A program made the position numbers and the translations under genes. From Macrostomum lignano (lineage: Eukaryota), in NCBI GenBank assembly GCA_002269645.1, contig NIVC01001967.1, positions 1 to 64,000 on the forward strand: a DNA stretch of 64,000 nucleotides. Reading direction: 5' to 3'. The notes beneath the pieces were generated by a model that had not been told where the DNA came from, searched no databases, and worked only from the letters and a program-made list of their open reading frames with translations. Position 1 is the first letter of the stretch; each line of letters begins with the position of its first letter. Shown here piece after piece: positions 1 through 10,500 of the stretch.

Positions 1-695
1 CTACATTTATAGTTGAAAACTACCAAAATTTACCACAAAGTATAAACTACATTTGTTCTCTTAATTTTATCAAACTAAATTACATGTAAATAATCTTTTT
101 ATCTATATAAATTTTGTCTTAGATATTTTGTCTAATAGCTTTTTTGTATGTTCTTAGAGGCCTATTTTACAATGCAACACATTTACCTATACTTCTGATT
201 TAGAGTTCAGATGATTGCTTAAAAAGTATATATTATCCAACAAATTATTTTATATGACTGTGCTCTTGGTAAATGGTGGTAGTAACTTTAACTACCTTAA
301 AAAGATTAATTTAAGCCTTGTAATGAAGTAGGCAATAGCTACTGCGTGCAGACTTGAAATTGTATTTGTAGAGAGCAAAAAGTTCTTAAAACAAGTGTCT
401 GCATACAAACAGGTTAAAAAGGCCAACGCGCTAGTTAGTCAGTCAACCCCAACCGCCACACCCATCGTAGCTCAGGCTGGGTGGGCAAACCCCACCCTTA
501 ATCTCCAGGGTTGGTGATGCATAGATGCGGCGTGATGTGCAGGTGGTGCAAAGGCCTAAATGGCCATCTTCATGTGCACTTGCACTTGTCTGCCACAGTA
601 ATCTAATAAGTATTGCTACAAATTTCAAAATGATTGAATTATATTTTTCTGTTGATAACAAAGTGTACATCTATACAAATTGAATTGATTTTATA

Positions 696-3600
696 ATGCG
701 AATATCAGCTGGCAAGATAATTAAAGGCTTGGCCTGTGTAAGCATGCTATGGTTTTCGCTGTCACTATGGTATAGCATATCGCAAAAAAATCAACAGTCA
801 GCTTCAATGGACGATGCTAGCTCATCTGAGCTGGAGTCGTTGAATTCTGGTATAAAGCGTCTTCTAGTGCCCAGAGTGAGTGGTCTGCACTACCATCCAC
901 TTGTTGGCGGGTCTGGCAATGCCAGCGGCAGGTCCGCTGCTAACTCAGACTGGTCCTATGGAGATCCAATGCAAGAGAAGCGACAACTCAGGGAATGGCG
1001 CTCATCTGAAAAGCACTATTGCTCACATAATTTGCTCACTGTCCCGCCGGTTTTGCCCGCCTGAAAGGTGGAGTTATTGTCGATTCTAGCAAAGGCGCTG
1101 GTCGAAAAGGTGGCGAAGAGATCTCTGAGGTGAATCTCATTTTTTAATATTTCAAAACCATTACAATCTACATGTTTTTTTGTTCTTGTTAAATCAAGGT
1201 AAAAGTGCTTATTCTACTACTGAAAAAGTAGCTGAATTATTAATCTCTAAAAAATAAATACATAATTTGATTATATACACCTGTCCTATTAGGCTGATTT
1301 GCAACCGACAACTCAGCCACAGGTATTCAGTAGTAAAGCTGTTCAGTCCAAGATCTGAGGGGTCTGGGTCGCCACACACACCCTCAACTACCCCAGCTAA
1401 TGCTGGCACCCATTTTTAAGCTGGGTGAACTGAAGCAATGCAGAGTAAAGTGTCTTGTTCAAGGACACAAATTGCTCCGAGTGGGTTGAGAATCCTTTCA
1501 GTCGGGAGTCCGACGCTCTAATCACTAGGCTAAAACCCTAAAAATTAGTTTCAAGCTACTTAGTAACAGTAGTTTGTAAGTATATTCTTACCGAGATTTA
1601 TTTAAATCGTTTACAAAAATCATGCGAAATTCAGTTTTTATTATACCGCTTCTCAACAGGTGCTCAACCAGTCCGAGAACTCAGAATACTGGACCCTCAA
1701 ACCGGGCGCATTCCGCGTCGTCTGTCCAGAGAAACAGCCTGGCATTCAGCTAAAAGATTTTGTTGGCGCATTCCAAAATCCGAAATCGCATCTGAATCTG
1801 GTTTACCTGCCCGGCAGCACTACAATTAGCGAGTCTGAACTGCATCAGCTGCAATCCGATACCCAAACTAAATCTCAACTGGCAGGGCCTGTGCTAGCCA
1901 TTACCCGATACGAATATGCTAATCTGTATCACACTATGACGGACTTCTATAATGCATTTGTTGCCTGCGTCTATTATGGTATTGATCCGGCTAATGCTAC
2001 AGTGCTCATTGTTGATGGCCATCCTAAAGGCTCGTTGGACGGTATCTGGTCCACTTTGTTTGGTCGGGTTGTACGAATTGGCGAGCTCAAGTCTTTACAG
2101 GTTGGTTTTTACCTGCTCGTGTAGATATATTAATAGATTTGAGATCAGTAATGAGTGGCTGTTTCCATGGATTTGAGATCAGCAATGAGTGGCTGTTTCC
2201 ATGGATTTGAGATCCGCAATGAGTGGCTGTTTCCATAGATTTGAGGTCAGCAATGAGTGGCTGTTTCCATAGATTTGAGATCAGCAATAAGTGGCTGTTT
2301 CCATAGATTTGAGATCAGCAATGAGTGGCTGTTTCCATGGATTTGAGATGGATTTGAGATCAGCTATAAGTGGCTGTTTCCATGGATTTGAGATCAGCAA
2401 TAAGTGGCTGTTTCCATAGATTTGAGATCAGCAATGAGTGGCTGTTTCCATAGATTTGAGATCAGCAATAAGTGGCTGTTTCCATAGATTTGAGATCAGC
2501 AATGAGTGGCTGTTTCCATGGATTTGAGATGGATTTGAGATCAGCTATAAGTGGCTGTTTCCATGGATTTGAGATCAGCAATAAGTGGCTGTTTTCATGG
2601 ATTTGACATCAGCAATGAGTGGCTGTTTCCATGGATTTGAGATCAGCAATGAGTGGCTGTTTCCATGGATTTGAGATCAATGAGTGGCTGTTTCCATGGA
2701 TTTGAGATCAGCAATAAGTGGCTGTTTCCATGGATTTGACATCAGCAATGAGTGGCTGTTTCCATGGATTTGAGATCAGCAATGAGTGGCTGTTTCCATG
2801 GATTTGAGATTGTTGTAAAAATAACAATTAAGAAAGAGCAAGGTGCTCGGGCCAGTGGCCTCCTGACTGATTTATATTTGCTGTCTAGCTGGGCAGTCTA
2901 CAAGTACGTAGCCGCCCTCACAAGTGCGTACATAGGAAAAGACTGACGGAGAGGGTGGTTATAGGCTAATAATAAAAATCGATAATAGAGTTAACCACTC
3001 CACTAGCATGCATGCACCAAAGAACGCGACAGAGATCAATGAGTGGCTGTTTCCATGGATTTAGATGGATTTGTTTCATATCTTATTAAAGTTTGAGTTA
3101 TTAGCCCTCATAAGCATAAACCTCACAAGTGGCCTGATTCCACCGCAGGTTGTGGACGACCTGATCTGGGTGATGATGAGTTACGACGCGCCGCTGCACC
3201 AGCACAACCGGCCGAGTTTGCCGCTGCACGAGCCGTTCCGAAGATTCTTCCTGTCCCGCCACGGATTGCCGTTTGCCGACACTGTTGGGGCGCGGCGGCG
3301 TCTTCGCTGGCTGGCCGCAACTGCACCGGCCTGCGCCTGTTGTTTGTCTGGCGCCGCAACTACGTGGCGCATCCGAGGAATCCGCACGGCAGCGTTGTAC
3401 GAAAAATCGCTAACGAGGAGCAGCTGCTGGCTGAGGCTCAGACCGCGTTTTCTAAATTGCATTTGCGCGTGTCCAGCGCGGCACTGGAGAATATGGACTT
3501 TAGACAGCAGCTGAAACTTATTTCTGGCGTTCAGGTGCGAATCTATTGTCTGATTCATGCGAAGAGCGGAGAGGCAGATTCAAGACCTGAGGAAGAAGAG

Positions 3601-4235
3601 CGGAGAGGCAGATTCAAGACCTGAGTGAGAAGAGCGGAGAGGCAGATTCAAGTCCTGAGTGAGAAGAGCGGAGAGGCAGATTCAAGGACTGAGTGAGAAG
3701 AGCGGAGAGGCAGATTCAAGGACTGAGTGAGAAGAGCGGAGAGGCAGATTCAAGGACTGAGTGAGAAGAGCGGAGAGGCAGATTCAAGTCTTGAGTGAGA
3801 AGAGCGGAGAGGCAGATTCAAGTCTTGAGTGAGAAGAGCGGAGAGGCAGATTTAAGTCTTGAGTGAGGAGAGCGGAGAGGCAGATTTAAGTCTTGAGGGA
3901 GAAGAGCGGAGAGGCAGATTCAAGGGCCAACTGGGAAGTCAATAGCAAAGCCTCACCAATAAACCGCCTTCAGATTCTGGCCGGCATGCACGGAGCGGCG
4001 CTGTCGCATACGCTGTTTCTACGCCGGGCTCGGCTCTGATGGAGCTGTACCCGAACTACTGGAGCCCGGGCAACATTCACTTCCGAGCCATGGCTCGCTG
4101 GCGCGGCTTGGCCTACGATCGCTGGGTGAATTCTGACCCGGCTAACGAGCTGCGGATCATAAAACTCGTGTGCCACAAGGCGTTGTAACCCGCCTACTAA
4201 ACAATTTGCTTCTCCAGATGGGCTGCTCAATCTAG
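696..4235 (+). CDS. Glycosyltransferase family 61 (EOGT/xylosyltransferase-like) type II membrane protein; 4 exons, 3 apparent 1-bp frameshifts
   Basis: Exons 696-1129, 1660-2100, 3149-3534, 3974-4235 with GT/AG ends. N-terminal signal anchor. Motifs GRKGGEEISE|VLNQSENSEY, TRYEYANLYHTMTDFYN, LFVWRRNYVAHPRNP..RKIANE, ILAGMHGAALSHTLF and MELYPNYW..HFRAMARW. Frame breaks near 1043, 3282 and 4021. Confidence 0.8.
1278..1533 (-). mobile_element. tRNA-derived SINE family A (CORE-like domain), copy 1
   Basis: Reverse complement reads tagcctagtgattagagcgtcggactcccgactgaaagg...gtgtccttgaacaagacactttactctgcattgcttcagttcacccagcttaaaaatgggt, and its tail matches the 4462 copy. Confidence 0.75.
2137..2810. 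repeat. 34-bp minisatellite (gatttgagatcagcaatgagtggctgtttccatg) in GT61 intron 2
   Basis: Direct tandem units; one detached unit resumes at 3032. Confidence 0.95.
2811..3031 (+). mobile_element. 221-bp putative solo LTR
   Basis: TGTTG...CGACA termini, GAGAT duplicated on both sides (2806-2810, 3032-3036), AATAAA-like signal near 2970. It interrupts the 34-bp array. Confidence 0.6.
3575..3925. repeat. 34-bp purine-rich minisatellite (gagaagagcggagaggcagattcaaggactgagt) in GT61 intron 3
   Basis: About 10 tandem units. Confidence 0.95.
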
Positions 4236-4461
4236 CAGGTGTTGCTCATCGCAATCCGGAAAGCCCGTCTTATGCTGCAGAGCCACGAAATAGTGTATAG
4301 AAAACAACTAATAGATCGATAAATTAAAAATACACGATCGATTTATAACTACTTTACGGAGCATTTTCTTTATACTTTACTTATAGTAAAAGTAGTAGAA
4401 TATTACACGTATAAAATTAATTGCAAAATAAACTCATATATAATCTACTATGAAGTAGTAA

Positions 4462-4708
4462 GAGGTTGTGGCCTAGCGGTTAGAGCGTCGGACTCACGAC
4501 TGAAAGGTTGGGGGTTCGAATCTCGACCCACTCGGAGCAATTTGTTCTTGAGAAAGACACTTGACTCTGCATTGCATTGTGTGTGTGTCGACCGGGGGGG
4601 GGGGTCCCAGTCCTTGGACTGAACAGCCATACGCAGCCTTCAGATGCGCCGCGCAATAGCTGGGACTGCTGAGCTGTCGGTTGCACATCTCCCCGTCAGG
4701 GCAGGTGC
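4462..4708 (+). mobile_element. tRNA-derived SINE family A, copy 2
   Basis: A box (tggcctagcggttag) and B box (ggttcgaatct), followed by ttgttcttgagaaagacacttgactctgcattg and the tail shared with 1278-1533. Confidence 0.75.
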
Positions 4709-5824
4709 TTTCAAAATGTTCAAAACATCTACTATTACTAGAAATTTCTAGTCAGTTAGTGTTTAAATATGCGAGTACTACTACAAATATACCTGCTTTC
4801 ATATTTTGACCCAGCTATTTTCACTTAGTGGCTCAGATCAGTCAATTCAAAAAGGAATCCTTTGCTTTCTATAATTCTTTTTAAAGCCAAACTTTTATCT
4901 TGTGAATATACAAGAAGAATTATTGAATGAATAAGTTTACTTTTATGAATTATTTTGCTTATAATATTTAATTTTAGGCTTATTATTACAAATGATTTTT
5001 ATCTACTAATTATCACACAAGTTATTCTATGTATGAAGTATTTCCTGTATTTTGACCCTGTTAATTAATAGTACAAGACCTTAAGTAAGGTATGGTATTA
5101 ATCGTTATAATAAGTAGATAAACACAGCTTGTGAGAGAAGATTTTGCTTCTCTTATGCCATTGGTGCAAGGAAAATGGTCGACAAAAATTGAATAGTCTC
5201 ATTTGCTATTTTTGTTTCAACTGAAATTCGCTGAACAATTTTTTTCCTCACAGATTTCTCAAGTCGCTAATCTCTCTAATGCTGATTGTTGCCGAGTCAA
5301 AAATTATTGTTGGTAAATTTAATAATTAAATATTTTTCAATTATTCTCTTGTGCCTTATAAAATGGTTCATTTCTTCTATTTAAGCTTAATTCAAGGCTA
5401 AAATTGTTTTTCAGTGTTCTCTTCAATTTATTTTCTGTACTCTAATATAATATCCATAAGGAATGCCAGACACTTCTAGTTTTGAGTGGCATTGACATTG
5501 TACAGTATGGTATGCAAAACTGCTTTTAAAAGCTTAGCAAATGTTCTTTTCCATGAATATTCAGTGGAACACTCACAAAACACAAAATAACAAACAAAAT
5601 CTCCAGTATATCAATATCAGTACATATGCCCCATAAACTATAAATATTTAACATAATAAGCAAAGAACTTAATTCTCTGCAACTCTCCCTCTGCAAAGCT
5701 TCCACTTGCTCTGGCACCAAACTATCTTGACACCAAACTGTCTGGCTTCCTCCGTAAGAAAAGTATATTTTTGTATATTATCTTGCTCATGCTTTAAATC
5801 TACTCTCGTAACGAGGCTTACTGG

Positions 5825-7039
5825 TGTTATGCCGTGGCTTTCGCCTGAGATAGAACAAGGATTTCCCTGGGTGGTCGGGTAGGTCTTGTTATCCCACCGC
5901 TGCCACCAGTGTAATGGCTGTGCCTACTGCTTCCTCTGTCTGTCCTCGCTATCTAGCACGGCCGGTAGCTGGCCTGAGTGGTCTAGCACTATGGTCCGAA
6001 ATAACCCCTCTTAGTCTCCACTGAGTACAGTTAGATAATAACCGAGTATTGGTAGTTGGGTTGCTGCCACCTTGTAGGTCTACAGGTGATATCCTCGACA
6101 GGTTACCCCTAGGTAGGCCTACTGATAAGTAGAAAATAAATAAGACAAACAAGTCAGTTAAACGTTTATTAATGTGAGTAACGGTCACAGGCCGATCCTA
6201 AAATATCGTTTAATAGCTCAACTGGTGTCGCAGTAACAAGTCCCAACCCTATTAGGTGTCACTGATGTTGCCCAACAGCGTAGGTTGTAGGCCACGAGAC
6301 CAGGTCCAGACGGTGTCGAAGGTCTGGCGAGCTGATGACACAAAGACCTGCGGCAATCTTAATGAGCAAATGGCAGCTGCAACAAGGATTTGTTAGCAGG
6401 TTATCCCTAGGAAAAGCGTCTAGCGATCTGCCTAAGCTAGTTCGTCTAGGAAAAGCATCTAGGAATACTAGCCTTTGCTCGAAGCCAAGCAGGCGGTCTC
6501 CGAGAGGATGGTCTCTTTGGGCCTTCACCTACTCTGTATTTATACTAAATTCGGGGGTCTCAGGGCCAATGGGAAGCTCAGAGGCAGTTCCGTGGCAGAT
6601 CCCATGGCAGTTCCGTGACTACCCGGAGCCAGGAGCGATCTTGGAGATGTCCATAAGACATCTGCCTCATCATGCAGCCTCCGCATGGCCTGCTGGTACA
6701 CTGCTTGCATGTTGCGGCATGCAAGGAGTGCACCAAGACCCCACGAGAGCCTACCCCGGGCGGAGAGCTATGCTCTCACTCCCGCTGACTAAAAGCCTGT
6801 ACTAAAGGAGAAATATCCCACTGACTAATGTTTCTATTTTTAGCCCATTGCAGACTGCGCCAGGGGGAGAGGGGGAGAGATTTCTCTCCCTGTCCCGCGA
6901 CAGCTGCACACCTGAGCCTGCACAAGGAAGAAGGGGAAAGGACAGCCCTATGCCCAGCTCCCACTGCTGCAGCCCAAGCACTAACTGACTAAAGGGGGAT
7001 CCCAGGAGCAGCCTATGCTAGCTACGCTGGATCACCACA
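5825..7039 (-). repeat. 3' LTR (core 5910-7039 plus PBS 5891-5908 plus 66-bp spacer 5825-5890)
   Basis: Matches 13685-14901 except for one substitution and two 1-bp indels seen by eye. AATAAA on the element strand at 6165-6170. Confidence 0.95.
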
Positions 7040-7051
7040 CCCACCCCACCT
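7040..7051 (-). promoter_or_regulatory. Polypurine tract (AGGTGGGGTGGG)
   Basis: Immediately precedes the TGTGGTG start of the 3' LTR on the element strand. Confidence 0.75.
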
Positions 7052-7517
7052 GAAAAAGAAGAAGCGACACCAGGAGGTTCTTCATCAAGTAAGGTAAGTC
7101 AATGTATTTAATAAGTCATGTAGGTATCAATTAGAGAAAGGCCATAGGCCAATACACAGAAGCTGATAGTTATACTGAAAGGCCTGAGCCAATACGCCTG
7201 TGAGGCCATATGCCCCACAATGAGCTACTGTAGACGAGCGTCTCCATTAATGGGCCGGCCTCGCCGTATTCAGCAGAGCGAGGGCCTCGGCTGATAGGGC
7301 CGGCATGCGGCCGAGATCTTGAGCTGCTCTGCGTACTGCGGCCTCCAACGCCACGGCGTAATGCCGATATGGCATGAGCAAAGAGCGCGTTCTCGTGAAG
7401 GCTTCGTTGATGAGGGCGCGCCGCTCATCCTCGCCATAGCCTTTAGTGCAATGGTTTGCGGTGTGGACCAGGCCGTTACTTCTCCGGTATACGCGGCTTT
7501 CAGCAGAATGGCCGCGA

Positions 7518-10500
7518 TCATCTGCTTGATAGGCTCCCTGGCCGGCTGCGACTGGCTGCTACAGGCCGTCCCGCCACTGCTGGCCGGTGCCACCTTGCTA
7601 GGAGGGGAGCGGCTTCGCCCTCCCAGCCTTTCCAAGGCCGTCGGCCGTCCAGCGGGCTGCCAGTTGGCCGCGCGCTGCCGGGAGCGACTCCTCGATGGTC
7701 CTGCCGCTGCCCGGCCTCTGGCCGGGGCTTCTCCAACAGGGCCGTCTTCCTAGGGGTTGGCTCTGTTTGAGGCCCGGCCACAGCCTGGACGTTCGTGTCG
7801 ACTCGCAATAATGTACGGCGGGTAATGCCGATGGGCGCTGTAACCGGCGGGCCAGACGGTATTGGCGTTGGCTGGGTCTTCACCCGCCCTTCATCGGGAC
7901 GCGGTGATGATGACTCGATCGGCTCGAAAGAGTCGTTCGAAGCTGACAGAGAGAGCTGCTGCTCTAGAGGCATCTCGTCCTCGCTCATGATGGTGCTGGA
8001 ATGCGGAAAGAAGCGCCTTATTGAAGAGGCGAGCGCATCCCTGATCCTAGCAACATAAGATTTAGCTCTAGGATTCATTATTAGTCTATCTGGGGCTCGG
8101 CGGTCTCTCCGCGGGCGCTCAGCAACAGGCTGAGGGTCCGGGGGCACCGCTTCGGGCTGTTCTATGTCCCTAGGTGTTTCAGGTTGCTCATGAACAGCTA
8201 CCCCATTTTTATTCATTTCAGGTTCGGCGACTTCTGGGATCGCTGCTAGTGCTGCGGCCGGACGCAGAAAGTAGCGCGGAGCCCAGTCGTTATTATCGTC
8301 ATCGAGCTCGTCAACGTCATCGGCGACTTCGCCGGTATTCTGAGAGGCAGTGGTTTCTATGGCAACGCGAGGCTTACGCGGCGGCCCAGCACGGTGCTCA
8401 GCTGCCCGGCCAGCTGGCTCTGGATAGTCAGCTTGCGGAACCGGTAGCATATTGCGACGGTGCACCACCAACTCCTCTCGACGAGCCCTAGGATTCCGGA
8501 GGCGAGGTCTGATCTTGTAGACAACTTCTCCTTTGCGCTCTACTACTTCATACACAGCCTTGCGCGGTCTGTGAAATTTCTGCGCTTCCCAAGACTGATC
8601 TAAGACTGGATTGTTCAAGAAGACTAGGTCACCCGGTGAGAGCTGCTTGGCCTTCGGGCGATTCTCATAATGTTCATCGCGAAGTTCTTGATGCAGCTTC
8701 ACACGGTCCTGGGCTAACTTATTAGCTTCCTCTAGTCTCTTCTGGAAGTCTTGGACGTACGTTGGCAAGTCCGGATATTCAGGTGGGACCCGAAGCTCAT
8801 TATCAATGGGCATCCGGAATTCTCTTCCAAAGACCAAGAAGTAGGGCGTAAACCCTGTAACCGGGTGAACGCTAGATCGCAGAGCGATCATGCATGCTGG
8901 GAGGAAGGTATCCCAATCTTGGTGATTCTTCTCCAGCAAGCACGTGAGTACACTCTTGATTGTCTTGTTGAGATTTTCCACCTGGCCATTCGAACTAGGA
9001 TTATACGGCGTTGTAGTCGTGTGCCTAATGCCGTACAGCTCACAAAACTTCTTAAAGTCCTTTCCAGTGAAATTCGTTCCTTGGTCGGTGTGCAGCCACG
9101 CTGGTACACCGTACTCCGGAAACAATCTTTCCTGAAGAATCTTGACTACGGTCTTGGTCTTCTGGTTCCGCATAGGGAACGCAAAAGGGTATTTTGAAGT
9201 AGCATCGCATAGCGTCAGAATATAGCGGTGGCCAGCTCGCGAAGGCTGCGAGATTGGGCCGACAACGTCGCAGTGTAGCCGCCCCATCACTTCACAGACT
9301 GGGAAGCTCTGCACAGGCACGGCTTCGCGACGGCGAGTCTTGCTCTCCAGGCAAACTCGACATCGGGCCACGTAGGCCTTAACCGCTTTGCTCAAAGACG
9401 GCCTCCAAAACCTTTGTCTAACCCGAAGATAGGTCTTAGTTTCGCCAAGGTGTCCACTCAAGGGAGCATCATGGAGCTCTTTGAACACCTGGTCATCTAG
9501 ACTCTTCGGCAGCACAATGCGCGGTGGACGGTCTGCTATGTCTTCATCGTAGACGAGCAGGTTGTCTACTAGCCGCAACATCTCAAAGTAGCCTAGTAGG
9601 TTGCGCGTATCCCTACTAAGACGTAGTCGGGCGTCAAAGGACGGCTTGGGCGAACTAGTCGCTAAAAGATTTCTGACGAACTCAATGTCCGGGTCCTTCT
9701 GCTGCTCGAGGAGCAGTTGGTCTCGCTTCAGAGGTTCGGACAGAAAATCACTAAGCAGAACACGACAGCGTGGAGGAACATCCTCACTAACGCTACGGTT
9801 CGCTGATTCCGTTATTGAAGCAGATAATGGCCTTGCTGCGTCGTCGGTCCGGATTCCTGCGGTCAGGTCACCTGAGACACGAGGGCGAACAGCTTCTATG
9901 GCCGTAGGTGCGGTAGTGTGGCGTCCAACTGGGGCAAAGTCCACAGCTAAACCAGCAACCTTGGCTGCCCATTCTGAGCGGCGGTCCACTGAGGGACAAC
10001 ATGTCGCATCAGTCTGGCAGACAGCCTCGGACGCTCCAGCCGAACAACGGTTCACTGAGGAACAACATGTTGAGTCGGCAGAAACGGCCGCAATAACGGG
10101 TGTCGGACATCGGTCCACTGAGGGACAACATGATGAGCCGGCGACGGCAATACGAGATCCTGCGAGGCAGAACTGCTGGATGTTACTTGGTCGGCGTCTT
10201 CGACTAATCCGAGGGCTGAGGGTACAGTGGCCTCATTTTCTGTCTGGTTGGGTGTCCGTGCTCCAGGACGACAGTCATCGAACTCCGGACCGTCCGGCTT
10301 TCTTGATAAGCTGTCTGCGTTCTGGTGCAAACTTCCCTTCCGATGAATGACAGCAAAGTCGAATTCACTTAGCCGTTCGACCCAACGACCCAAGATCCCT
10401 TCGGCTTCAGTCTGGCGAATGAGCCAAAGAAGAGCCCTGTGGTCTGTTCTAACCTCAAATCTCTTGCCGATTAAGTAGTAACGAAAGTGCCTCATCGAGT

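Noticed and set aside
4462-4535. Possible tRNA-Val(CAC) gene
   Set aside because: The acceptor and anticodon stems pair poorly. It continues into a SINE body shared with 1278-1533, where the anticodon position differs.
5825-5890. Hammerhead ribozyme in the spacer
   Set aside because: It has GGCGAAAGCC but no CUGANGA core on either strand.
5949-6964. ORFs inside the LTRs (also 13809-14826)
   Set aside because: No recognisable domain; they are duplicated only because the LTR is duplicated, and they differ by indels.
7319-10350. Plus-strand ORFs over the retrotransposon (7319-7753, 8751-9197, 9601-10350)
   Set aside because: Antisense shadows of GC-rich pol coding sequence with no independent motifs.
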